Assembly: GCA_038824665.1 (NCBI GenBank)
Contig: JAWBBK010000001.1
Span: 389,844 to 453,843, forward strand
DNA from: Acidilobaceae archaeon
Lineage (GTDB): Archaea > Thermoproteota > Thermoprotei_A > Sulfolobales > Acidilobaceae
DNA: 64,000 nt
Direction of reading: 5' to 3'
How positions within the stretch are numbered: the stretch's first letter is position 1; the number at the start of each line of letters is the position of its first letter. A program made the position numbers and the translations under genes. Below the pieces are notes generated by a model. It saw nothing but the letters and a program-made list of their open reading frames with translations. It was not told the DNA's origin and searched no databases. Shown here piece by piece: positions 9,260 through 17,874 of this stretch.

Positions 9260-9909
9260 TCTCTACACCTAGGACTTCGCGCTTTACAATATGTTCTCCC
9301 TAACGCTATGAGTAACCTGTGAGCTTCGTCGCTTAGCTCAGCTCCGAAACACTCAAGCAAACTTCTAGAGACCTCTTTGTAATCTCTTCTCTCGACTAGA
9401 CCCCATCTTAATGTAATCCTCATAGCGTGAGTATCTACAGCAAACACAGGAGCTTTTCTCACAAACGAAAGAAAGACGTCAACTGTTTTAGGACCCACTC
9501 CTCTTACTTTAAGGAGTTCTTCTCTGAGCACGAAGCTATTCTCTTTTAACAGATACTCTTCTCCTCCTTTAGACACTACAAGCTTAGCTAGTTCTACTAT
9601 AGTTCTAGCTTTAGATTTCCAAAGACCAGAAGGTTTTATCGCTTCCTCTATTTCTTTTAGCTCTAGCTTAAGAACGCCTTCAGGCGAGAGTTCTGTCTTC
9701 TCAGCTAAAGCTTTCAGAGCTCTTATCGAGTTCTTATCGCTTGTGTTCTGACTTAACACTATGCCCACAAGAACTGAAAAAGGAGAGCCTTTCCCGACTT
9801 CTTGCGCTACTAAAGCAGTATATTGTTGAGAGTCTATGTTCAGATTCTTCGATAACAGCTGATAGAGTTCTGAGCACGAGATGCTGTCCGTTATTCTTCG
9901 CATCTTCAA
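9220..9909 (-). CDS. nth: Endonuclease III (HhH-GPD, 4Fe-4S)
   Basis: VLSQNTSD, LLKVRGVGPKT, AVDTH, CKARSPRCRECPVREHC. Confidence 0.93.
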   Translation of the reverse strand: MKMRRITDSISCSELYQLLSKNLNIDSQQYTALVAQEVGKGSPFSVLVGIVLSQNTSDKNSIRALKALAEKTELSPEGVLKLELKEIEEAIKPSGLWKSKARTIVELAKLVVSKGGEEYLLKENSFVLREELLKVRGVGPKTVDVFLSFVRKAPVFAVDTHAMRITLRWGLVERRDYKEVSRSLLECFGAELSDEAHRLLIALGRTYCKARSPRCRECPVREHCPSSKA

Positions 9910-10132
9910 GAGAATGCCCTATACTCTCAAACTCCTGTAGCTTATAGCCTCGCTCATCCGTTCCAGACGTAGCGCTGATCTATTTGACCAGTATAGAGCG
10001 CTCATGATTACGATAAGGCGTAGAACTCTCATTGAGAAATAAAGAACTCGAAGAGAGTAGAGTTCTCCTCCTGAGTAAGACCGAAGTGTGACTAAGCGTT
10101 CCCATGCTCTATCTCTTTTTCACTAAATCTCT

Positions 10133-13100
10133 ATGGGTTACAAAGGCTTGGCTGAACTAAGCGCTATTTTCAAAGGGCTTTGTCCCAACTGCGGAGGCGA
10201 TATAGAACACGAAAGATTGATTATAGGAGCACCTTGCAGTAAGTGTTTGTCCTCTTTAGACTTAGCATCCAACCTAGACAAGAGGTCAATAGCGGAAGAG
10301 CTGAGATCCAGAAACGTCTTAACCGGTTATCTCTGGATCCATGACTTCGAACGCAAGTTTGAGGACTTTGCAAGCTACGTTTATGAGAAAACAGGCTTCG
10401 AGTTATGGAGCGCGCAAAGAAGCTGGGCCAAGCGATTACTCGAAGAAGAGAGCTTCGCGATAGTAGCTCCTACAGGCGTTGGAAAGACTACTCTCCTTCA
10501 GCTGTACGCATGCTATAGGTGTGAGAAATACAAGTGGAGAGTTCTTTATCTAGCGCCTACAGAGAACCTTGTAAGACAGGTCTATGAGAGACTCTCGAAG
10601 CTTAACGAGAGAGTTATAGCTTACTTTTCAAACATGAACAAAAAGATGAAAGAAGAAGTCCTAGCTAAGATGAGGTTTGGCGACTTTTGTGTTTTGGTCG
10701 TGACTCCTGTTTTCTTGAGAAAGAGGTTTAACGAACTAAAAGAACTCTCTCCATTCGATCTAGCGATAGTCGATGATGTAGATAGCCTTCTGAGAGATAG
10801 CAGAAACGTAGAGAGATTACTAGAGGTCATAGGAGTTCCTCGAGAAGCTGTAGAGACAGCAGTTAAACTCATTAAAACTAAGCGTAAACTGTTCGTAGCT
10901 ATGTCTTCAGGAAGAGATACTAGAGAGGAAGAGGTCAAGATAGCCGAGTTAGAGAACTCTCTTAGAAGAATCTTATCGAATGCCAAAATAGGACAGCTCG
11001 TGATAGCGTCAGCCACAGCCAGACCTAGAGGGACAAAACATCTTCTCTTTAGGGAAGTCTTAGGGTTTGAGACAGGCGGATCTTCAGATTACCTCAGAAA
11101 CGTAAAAGACGCTTTGTTGCTAAGCAACGACATAATAAACGATGTAGTAAGAACTGTTGAACTCTTGGGGAAAGGAGGCATAGTATTCGTGAGTCAGCTC
11201 TGTGGAGGAGAACTGATCGAAGTCTTGGTGAAAGAGTTCAGAAACAGAGGACTTAGAGCAGAAAAAGCTTTAGCTGGGTCCTGGAAGAGCATAATCAAAC
11301 TCGAACGAGGAGAAGTAGACGTCCTAGTCGCAGTAGCTAGCAGATATGGAGTTGCAGTGAGAGGTCTTGACGCTCCTCAGAGAGTCCGTTATGTAGTCTT
11401 TGTCAGAGCTCCAGCCAAAAAGCTTGAAGCTTCGAAGGCTCTGCTTAGCCCCTCTAGATTGCTAAGAGTTCTGATCTATATGGCTGAGAACGGCGATGAA
11501 GAAGCTCTAGAGCTAGCCAGAGATCTAAGAGAGACCTTGGACAAGACCGACGACCCGAGCTTAGTGCAACTAGCTCTTAGAAAACAGAACTCTCTTAGTG
11601 GAGTTCTGACCGCTCTTGCTCAGAAGTACTCTAGAGCTCTAGAAAAAGCTCTTTCTTGGCTCTCTGAGAGAGTTCGTCAAGAAACTCTGAGAATAGGAAC
11701 AACAGTTTACATCTATGAGAACGGAACTCTTTATGCGTACATTCCTGATGCGCTCACCTACATCCAGGCCAGCGGGAGAGCAAGCAGAATGCTCAATGGT
11801 AAGATGACCTTCGGTTTGAGCGTTGTAGTGGAGCCTCTAGAAGAGTTGGTGAGAGCTCTCGAAGCTAAGGCATCTTGGATAGCCAATATAAAGTTCGAGC
11901 CTTTTAACTCCTTAGACCTAGAGAGAGTTCTTAAGCTCATAGAGGAGACCAGAAGAGGCGGAGGTTCTGATGTCAAAGTTGACAGCGTCCTCTTAGTGGT
12001 AGAGTCTCCTACGAAAGCCAAAACCATAGCGTGGTTTTGGGGAAGCCCGGCTAAGAGGAAACTCAACGATGTTGTGATATATGAGACCTCAGTCTCTGAC
12101 CCAGAAGCGAACAAGGTTTACTTGCTATCTATAGTAGCTACACGTGGACACCTCTTCGATATGGTTGAGAAAGACGAAGACCCGAAAAGCGTCTACGGAG
12201 TAAGACTTGACGAGTCTTCGATAAGTCCTGTGTACTCAACTATAAAGAGATGTAGGAGCTGTGGTTTCAGCTTTGTAGAGATGTCGCTCTGTCCTAGGTG
12301 TGGGTCTACGAGCTTCAAAGACTCGAGAAGCATTGTAGAAGCTCTTAGAAGATTAGCTCTTCAAGTTGACCACGTAATTGTGGCTACAGACCCCGATAGA
12401 GAAGGAGAGAAGATAGCTTGGGACGTAATGCTCGTAGTAGCGCCATACAACAAATGTGTTTACAGAGCTAGGTTTTATGAAGTCACGAGAGACGCAGTTC
12501 TAAAAGCTCTTAGAAACTTAAGTGCAGTTGACGAACGCTTAGTCGCTTCACAGATAGCTAGAAGAGTTATAGATCGTTGGATAGGCTTTCATCTAAGCGG
12601 CTATCTGAAAGCAGTATACGAGAAACACTGGTTAGGTGCAGGAAGAGTTCAGACTCCAGTCCTCGGATGGGTGATATCTAGATATCTAGAGTGGAAGAGG
12701 TCGAGAGGCTACAGAGTATGCTTTGAAATAGAGAACGGACAGACTGTTTGTTTCTACGTCTCAAGTAAGGATAGAGCTCAAGAGTTGGCTTTAATTAAAG
12801 AACTAGAGGTAGTTAACGTCTCAAAAGAGGTAATCACTCTACATCCTCCACCTCCTTACACAACTGACGCCTTGCTCTCCGATGCCGCAAAGCTGTTGAG
12901 ACTTCCCATAGAGCAGACCATGAGAATAGCTCAAGAACTCTTCGAAGCCGGTCTCATAACTTACCACAGAACAGACTCGACCAGAGTTTCCGAACAAGGT
13001 ATGGTCATAGCTAGAGAGTATTTGGTCACGAAAAAGTTAGAGAGTCTATTCAAGCCAAGAGCCTGGAGCAACGAGGGAGCTCATGAAGCGATAAGACCTA

Positions 13101-13792
13101 CGAAACCTCTAGACGCTAAAGAACTCGAAAAAGCTGTTCTAGATGGCTCGATCAGAATTCCGATCAAGCTAACATGGGCTCACAAAGCTCTTTACGACTT
13201 GATCTTCAGAAGGTTTGTAGCAAGTCAGATGAGAGAAGCGGAAGCAGTAAAGGTGAGAGCTATCCTCAAGGCGTCCGATATGCTTCAAACGGTAGAAGGA
13301 GTGACGTCAACGCTGTCTGAAGGCTTCACAGCTGTGCTGAGCTTCAACTTTAAACCATGGCTTGAGAAGCTTAGAGAGGGTTCTACTATAGCTGTTAGCT
13401 CTGTTAAGGTAAGCAGAGGAAGTTCCATCAGCTTGTTGACAAGCGGAGAGGTCGTAAAGCTCATGAAGGAAAAAGGGATCGGAAGACCGAGCACATACCA
13501 TAAAGCGCTAGAAGCTAATAAGAGACACGGCTACATAATTGAATCTAAAAAGGTCAGAGCTTTAATACCGACAAAGCTAGGTATAGAAGTCTATCGTCGC
13601 ATACTTGAGACGTTTCCAAAAGTGGCCAATGAGGAGTTCACTAAAGCCTTAGAAGAACAACTAGATGCCATAGAACAAGGGACTTTAAGTCCGTTAGAAC
13701 TCTTAGAAAACGCCTGGAGAGAGATCTTCACAGCCGTTCAGATCCCCTCTACTCAAGGTCTTGTAGTAGCGACAGCTAAGTGGAGTCTTTAA
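10133..13792 (+). CDS. rgy: Reverse gyrase
   Basis: N-terminal CPNC/CSKC Zn finger; helicase-like APTGVGKTT, DDVD, YIQASGRASR; topo IA VVESPTKA, DPDREGE, ITYHRTDS. Confidence 0.97.
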   Translation: MGYKGLAELSAIFKGLCPNCGGDIEHERLIIGAPCSKCLSSLDLASNLDKRSIAEELRSRNVLTGYLWIHDFERKFEDFASYVYEKTGFELWSAQRSWAKRLLEEESFAIVAPTGVGKTTLLQLYACYRCEKYKWRVLYLAPTENLVRQVYERLSKLNERVIAYFSNMNKKMKEEVLAKMRFGDFCVLVVTPVFLRKRFNELKELSPFDLAIVDDVDSLLRDSRNVERLLEVIGVPREAVETAVKLIKTKRKLFVAMSSGRDTREEEVKIAELENSLRRILSNAKIGQLVIASATARPRGTKHLLFREVLGFETGGSSDYLRNVKDALLLSNDIINDVVRTVELLGKGGIVFVSQLCGGELIEVLVKEFRNRGLRAEKALAGSWKSIIKLERGEVDVLVAVASRYGVAVRGLDAPQRVRYVVFVRAPAKKLEASKALLSPSRLLRVLIYMAENGDEEALELARDLRETLDKTDDPSLVQLALRKQNSLSGVLTALAQKYSRALEKALSWLSERVRQETLRIGTTVYIYENGTLYAYIPDALTYIQASGRASRMLNGKMTFGLSVVVEPLEELVRALEAKASWIANIKFEPFNSLDLERVLKLIEETRRGGGSDVKVDSVLLVVESPTKAKTIAWFWGSPAKRKLNDVVIYETSVSDPEANKVYLLSIVATRGHLFDMVEKDEDPKSVYGVRLDESSISPVYSTIKRCRSCGFSFVEMSLCPRCGSTSFKDSRSIVEALRRLALQVDHVIVATDPDREGEKIAWDVMLVVAPYNKCVYRARFYEVTRDAVLKALRNLSAVDERLVASQIARRVIDRWIGFHLSGYLKAVYEKHWLGAGRVQTPVLGWVISRYLEWKRSRGYRVCFEIENGQTVCFYVSSKDRAQELALIKELEVVNVSKEVITLHPPPPYTTDALLSDAAKLLRLPIEQTMRIAQELFEAGLITYHRTDSTRVSEQGMVIAREYLVTKKLESLFKPRAWSNEGAHEAIRPTKPLDAKELEKAVLDGSIRIPIKLTWAHKALYDLIFRRFVASQMREAEAVKVRAILKASDMLQTVEGVTSTLSEGFTAVLSFNFKPWLEKLREGSTIAVSSVKVSRGSSISLLTSGEVVKLMKEKGIGRPSTYHKALEANKRHGYIIESKKVRALIPTKLGIEVYRRILETFPKVANEEFTKALEEQLDAIEQGTLSPLELLENAWREIFTAVQIPSTQGLVVATAKWSL

Positions 13793-13803
13793 CGAACCTT
13801 TAG

Positions 13804-14610
13804 CTAGTAAACAGCGCTCTTCGTGTATCCTATTATTCTCTCAGGATATGAGAGCACTGTGAGCCCTCTGAACGTCTCTCCTCTTCTTATGTAGGATATC
13901 AGCGTAACCCCAAGAAGAAGCGCAGCTGAAAGACCGCTATAGAGAGGTCCTCTAGTAGAAATAACTATAGGCGTTCCGAAGTTAGCGCTTCTAATCACCA
14001 TATCGGAAGAAGCTCTTCCTGTAGTGATCACTATAGAGTTCTCGCTATTGACCTTATGTGTTACCGCTAAGCCTATCAGCTTAGCTATAGAGGTATGTCT
14101 GCTCGTATCGTGAGCTATCACGATCTTCCTTCCGGTCAGGTCGTAGAGAGCCGAGGTGTGCATAGCTAGCCCCTTAACGATAGCTATGGTTCTCTTGTTG
14201 AAGTCTAGAAACACATCTACCACTGTCTTCCAGATCACTTTGAGGTCAGACTTCACTCTCGAACCTCTAGCTACAGCAAGTAGTGCACAGTCCTCAGCAA
14301 AAGACCTCTTGAGTTCTACATCTTTTTTGAGTTGTGCGTAGACGACTCTATCTCTTCGATCAACCTTCACCTCCTCGACCTCTGACAAAGAGGACACAAT
14401 TCCATCGCCTAAGAGAACTCCGAGCACTGTCTCCTCTATGTGTATTGGGGTCATTATAAGCGTCGTATAGAGCTTGCCGTTAATGTAGAGGTCCAGTTTG
14501 TCATCTAAAGCTATTGGAGGATGTTTCTCATCTCCTTCGCCATAAGCTACCTCAGACTCTATCACATCGAAAGAGCTAATGTCCACATCTTCTACTAACA
14601 CCAGCTCCAC
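13804..14610 (-). CDS. fdhD: FdhD/NarQ-family formate dehydrogenase accessory sulfurtransferase
   Basis: YINGK, GVLLGDGIV, MHTSAL, HDTSRHTSIAKLIG, TTGRASSDMV. Confidence 0.8.
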   Translation of the reverse strand: MELVLVEDVDISSFDVIESEVAYGEGDEKHPPIALDDKLDLYINGKLYTTLIMTPIHIEETVLGVLLGDGIVSSLSEVEEVKVDRRDRVVYAQLKKDVELKRSFAEDCALLAVARGSRVKSDLKVIWKTVVDVFLDFNKRTIAIVKGLAMHTSALYDLTGRKIVIAHDTSRHTSIAKLIGLAVTHKVNSENSIVITTGRASSDMVIRSANFGTPIVISTRGPLYSGLSAALLLGVTLISYIRRGETFRGLTVLSYPERIIGYTKSAVY

Positions 14611-14689
14611 CCAGAACCGAAGAGTTGAAGGAGTTAATAATAGAAGCTAAAGAGATCTTAAAGCGACCGTTTTCAAATTCCTTAGAGAA

Positions 14690-15181
14690 TTATAAGATAC
14701 AGTTATCTATCACTGACTTGATCACGTTTTCAGCTCTAGTTAGCATGCTTTCAACCTCTTCAAGAGAGAGATAGAAAAGTGAAGGAGATATGGGAACTAT
14801 TAGGCTCCCTCTTCCTAATTTCAGAATTGCTCTATTGCCTTTCAGCTCAACAGACACTAACACGGAGTTCTCAACTTCGAGATAGTAGGCTTTAGCCCAA
14901 GCTTTAGCTTTGAGGTCTCTAATCAACCTTTCTCTAAGACAAAAGATATCAACATCTTCACAGACGATCTTGAAGATAGCGCTGTGACTAGATGTGAACT
15001 CTGAAAGAAGACCTTTGAGAGACTCTAAAGACGTTTGTGACACTCTGAACAGAACTCTTCTGAGTTCCTCGTTAACTTCTACTATCTTGCCATTAAGTTC
15101 GGAGACCTTCCTAACGAAAGCAGGAAGAGGCTTTGAGCTCTTGACATAAGATATTAGGACTAGATTTCTCGTACACTTCAT
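14690..15181 (-). CDS. Hypothetical protein
   Basis: Co-oriented 163-aa ORF with short spacing inside the operon. Confidence 0.6.
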   Translation of the reverse strand: MKCTRNLVLISYVKSSKPLPAFVRKVSELNGKIVEVNEELRRVLFRVSQTSLESLKGLLSEFTSSHSAIFKIVCEDVDIFCLRERLIRDLKAKAWAKAYYLEVENSVLVSVELKGNRAILKLGRGSLIVPISPSLFYLSLEEVESMLTRAENVIKSVIDNCIL

Positions 15182-15186
15182 TGATT

Positions 15187-16353
15187 TCAGCCTGCGAGAG
15201 CTCTAGAAAGGTCTTCGATCAAATCTTTCGAGTCCTCGAGTCCTACCGATAGTCTGACTAGGTTTTCCGTTATTCCTAGCTTGACTCTAGACTCTTCGTC
15301 TATAAAGCGAGAAGCTGATCTAGCGGGCAACACAGCAAGAGACTCAGCGCCACCAAAGCTAGGAGCTCTTTTTATTACTTTAAGCTTCAACAAGAACTCT
15401 ATGGTGTCCTTGTAGGAACCTTTGAGTCTAAAGGAGACCAGAGTTCCAAAAAGTCTCCTCTCGAAAAGTCGAAGAGCTATCTCATGATAAGGACTGCTAG
15501 ACAGTCCTGGATACAAGACCTCCTCTACTTTAGGATGATCTTCGAGGAATTCCGCTATCTCAAGTGCTGTTTTACTCGCTTTCTCGAACCTAGCTTCTAA
15601 AGTCTTCAGTCCCCTTATAACCATATAAGCCTCAAAGGGTTGAAGTATATTTCCGAGAGTTCTTCTCCAGTCCCAGAGTTCCTTCAAATCACTTGATCTG
15701 CCTGCAACTACACCGCCTACTACGTCGTTGTGTCCACTTAAATGCTTAGTAGCGCTATGGACTACAAGTCTAGCTCCGTGTTTAGCTGGTTTTACCAAGA
15801 GAGGAGTGGTAATTGTGTTGTCGACTATGAGGATCTTCGAGTCTAAGTCTATTGCAGAAGCTAGAGCTTTGAGGTCTATGACTTTATTAGTAGGGTTAGT
15901 TTGAACCTCTAAAAAGATCAACTTAGTCTCTTTGCTAACTGCCTCTACAATGGCCTCAGCTGAGGGCCAGACTTTCTTGACCTTCAAGCCCATCTTTCTA
16001 GCTAAACGATCAAGAAGATAGAGAACTGAGCTGTAGACTTCGATAGGAACTACAACCTCGTCTCCTGGTTCAAGTGCAAACATAAAAACAGAAGATATAG
16101 CGGCCATTCCGCTGTTGAACACAAGAGCGTCTTCAACTCCTTCTAGCTTTGCAAGTAATCTCTCTAAGCATCTAACGGTCGGGTTTTCCTCTCTACCGTA
16201 CCTAACGGCGTGACCTCTATCGCTAAACGTTGCAAGACCCAGGTCTTCGTCTACATACTCATAGATGTTGCCTATGTAAATAGGAGGCACATGCGAACCT
16301 AATAGATCTCGACACTCGTGTCCATGAATAGCTAGCGTAGAGAAGCCCTTCAC
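15187..16353 (-). CDS. Cystathionine gamma-synthase/lyase family PLP enzyme
   Basis: YGREENPT, FNSGMAAIS, TNPT, VDNT, HSATKHLSGHNDV (PLP lysine), RLSVGLED. Confidence 0.9.
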   Translation of the reverse strand: MKGFSTLAIHGHECRDLLGSHVPPIYIGNIYEYVDEDLGLATFSDRGHAVRYGREENPTVRCLERLLAKLEGVEDALVFNSGMAAISSVFMFALEPGDEVVVPIEVYSSVLYLLDRLARKMGLKVKKVWPSAEAIVEAVSKETKLIFLEVQTNPTNKVIDLKALASAIDLDSKILIVDNTITTPLLVKPAKHGARLVVHSATKHLSGHNDVVGGVVAGRSSDLKELWDWRRTLGNILQPFEAYMVIRGLKTLEARFEKASKTALEIAEFLEDHPKVEEVLYPGLSSSPYHEIALRLFERRLFGTLVSFRLKGSYKDTIEFLLKLKVIKRAPSFGGAESLAVLPARSASRFIDEESRVKLGITENLVRLSVGLEDSKDLIEDLSRALAG

Positions 16354-16444
16354 TTCTAGCCCCAGACCGTTGAGGCAGTTTTGAGAGACCTAATTAATGT
16401 CGTGAACTCAGGCGGATTTAGCTGAAACATCCAAGAAGCCGTTA

Positions 16445-16494
16445 TCAGAAACACGAGCCATCTTCATCCTTTCCGAGCTGTGGCTTTCATCATC
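16445..16494 (-). ncRNA. Box C/D methylation guide sRNA
   Basis: Minus strand reads ATGATGA (C) - AAGCCACAGCT - CGGA (D') - ATGAAGA (C') - TGGCTCGTGTTT - CTGA (D); intergenic, about 50 nt. Confidence 0.8.
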
Positions 16495-16533
16495 TATGGC
16501 TTCAAAGCCGATCCTTAGAAGCTGTGAAAAGCT

Positions 16534-17834
16534 TTATGTTGATCTCTGAGAGCACTGAGGTAAGACCTTTGGATCAAGCTTAGAGCAAACTATATCTGTC
16601 AGCTCAGGTATGAAGTTAATGACTATAGCGGCTAGCTCTTCGTCCGTTAACTGCTCTTTTCCGTTAAAGGCTTCTCTCATAAAAGACGCAGCTCTCTCGA
16701 GACCTGGATGGTTTTTATCTATAGTTACTCCTATTCTGTTTCTAAGCCAGTACACTATTCCAGACCTTCCTGAGTATGGAGTCACTTCTATTTCGAACCT
16801 TTTACCCAACACCTCCTCTACGTCCATAGGCAGATAGACAAGCGGGTTCTTGAGAAGACCGTCTATATGTATTCCGGACTTTTGCATAAACGCCTTAGAG
16901 CCTACGAGAAGCTGATTTGCTGGGATCTTCCAGCCCATCTTTGAAAGTAGTTCAGCTGCTTTAGTTATAGCCTTTAAGTTAGCTGAGTGTCCAGTAAGAG
17001 ACACATAATGTAATAGCATTAGTTCTAGCGGACAGATGCCCGTTCTTTCTCCGATCCCAAGCAAAGTGCAGTTGGCTTCCATAGCTCCATAAAACCATGC
17101 CGCTAGATGGTTAGCTACGCTTAGCCCGAAGTCGTTGTGTCCGTGGAACCCTAGACCTTGAGGACTGATGCCAGCATCGAGAGCTAGTTCTACAAGCCTA
17201 GGCACGCTTCTAGGGAGCGAGACTTCGTAAAAGGGTAGCCCTAGTCCTAAGGTATCCGATAATCTAGCCTTTGGCTCAATTCGGTATCGCTCAGCTAGCT
17301 TTGTCAGCCTCTCTAAGAACGATCTGACCGTTTGAGGATCAGCTCTAGTCACGTCTTCTAGAGCGCATTCGACTACTATACCGTTTCTGTAGGCTTCTTC
17401 TATAGCTTCTAAATAAGAGTTCAGAGCCTCTTCTCTACTTAGCCCTAGCTTATAATAGATGTGGTAATCCGATATTGAGGTCAACATTATGGTCTCTTGT
17501 AGTTTGCTCTCTGCTAGAAGTCTGACATCCTGTTTTGAAGCTCTTATCCAGCCCCTGACAGCTGGGTTCTCATAACCGTAGTCGAGAAGTCTTTTTGCGA
17601 TCCTTCGGTCTTTATCGCTGTAGAGGAAGATCTCTGTGTACTTTATAGCGTTGCTCTTTCCATTAAGGTCGACTAGAACCTCGTAGATCTCTTCGGCTTC
17701 TTTCTCTGAAAACGGTCTCCAGGCCTGTTGACCTTCCCTTAAGGTAGCGTCCGTTATATATGGCTCTCCTCTGAGAGGACGTGAGAGATTTATCTTAGGA
17801 AGACTGTTTAAAAGACATCCCCTATATCCCTCAA
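16534..17834 (-). CDS. DRE-TIM metallolyase, Re-citrate-synthase-like; start codon anomalous
   Basis: Frame is open up to 17847 and encodes ITDATLREGQQ, EIFLYSDKDR, GWIRA, SDYHI, EDVTRAD, DTLG, RSVP, HGHNDFG, GERTG. No ATG/GTG/TTG in frame above 17487. Confidence 0.75.
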
Positions 17835-17874
17835 GTCTCAGAAATCTCTAAATTCAGGGCTAATAAACTTTTCT

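Noticed and set aside
9910-10132. sRNA or small ORF in the nth/rgy spacer
   Set aside because: Only partial box-like motifs and short motif-less ORFs; a divergent promoter explains it
16408-16422. GCGGATTTAGCTGA, resembling a tRNA 5' end
   Set aside because: No cloverleaf, T-loop or acceptor partner follows
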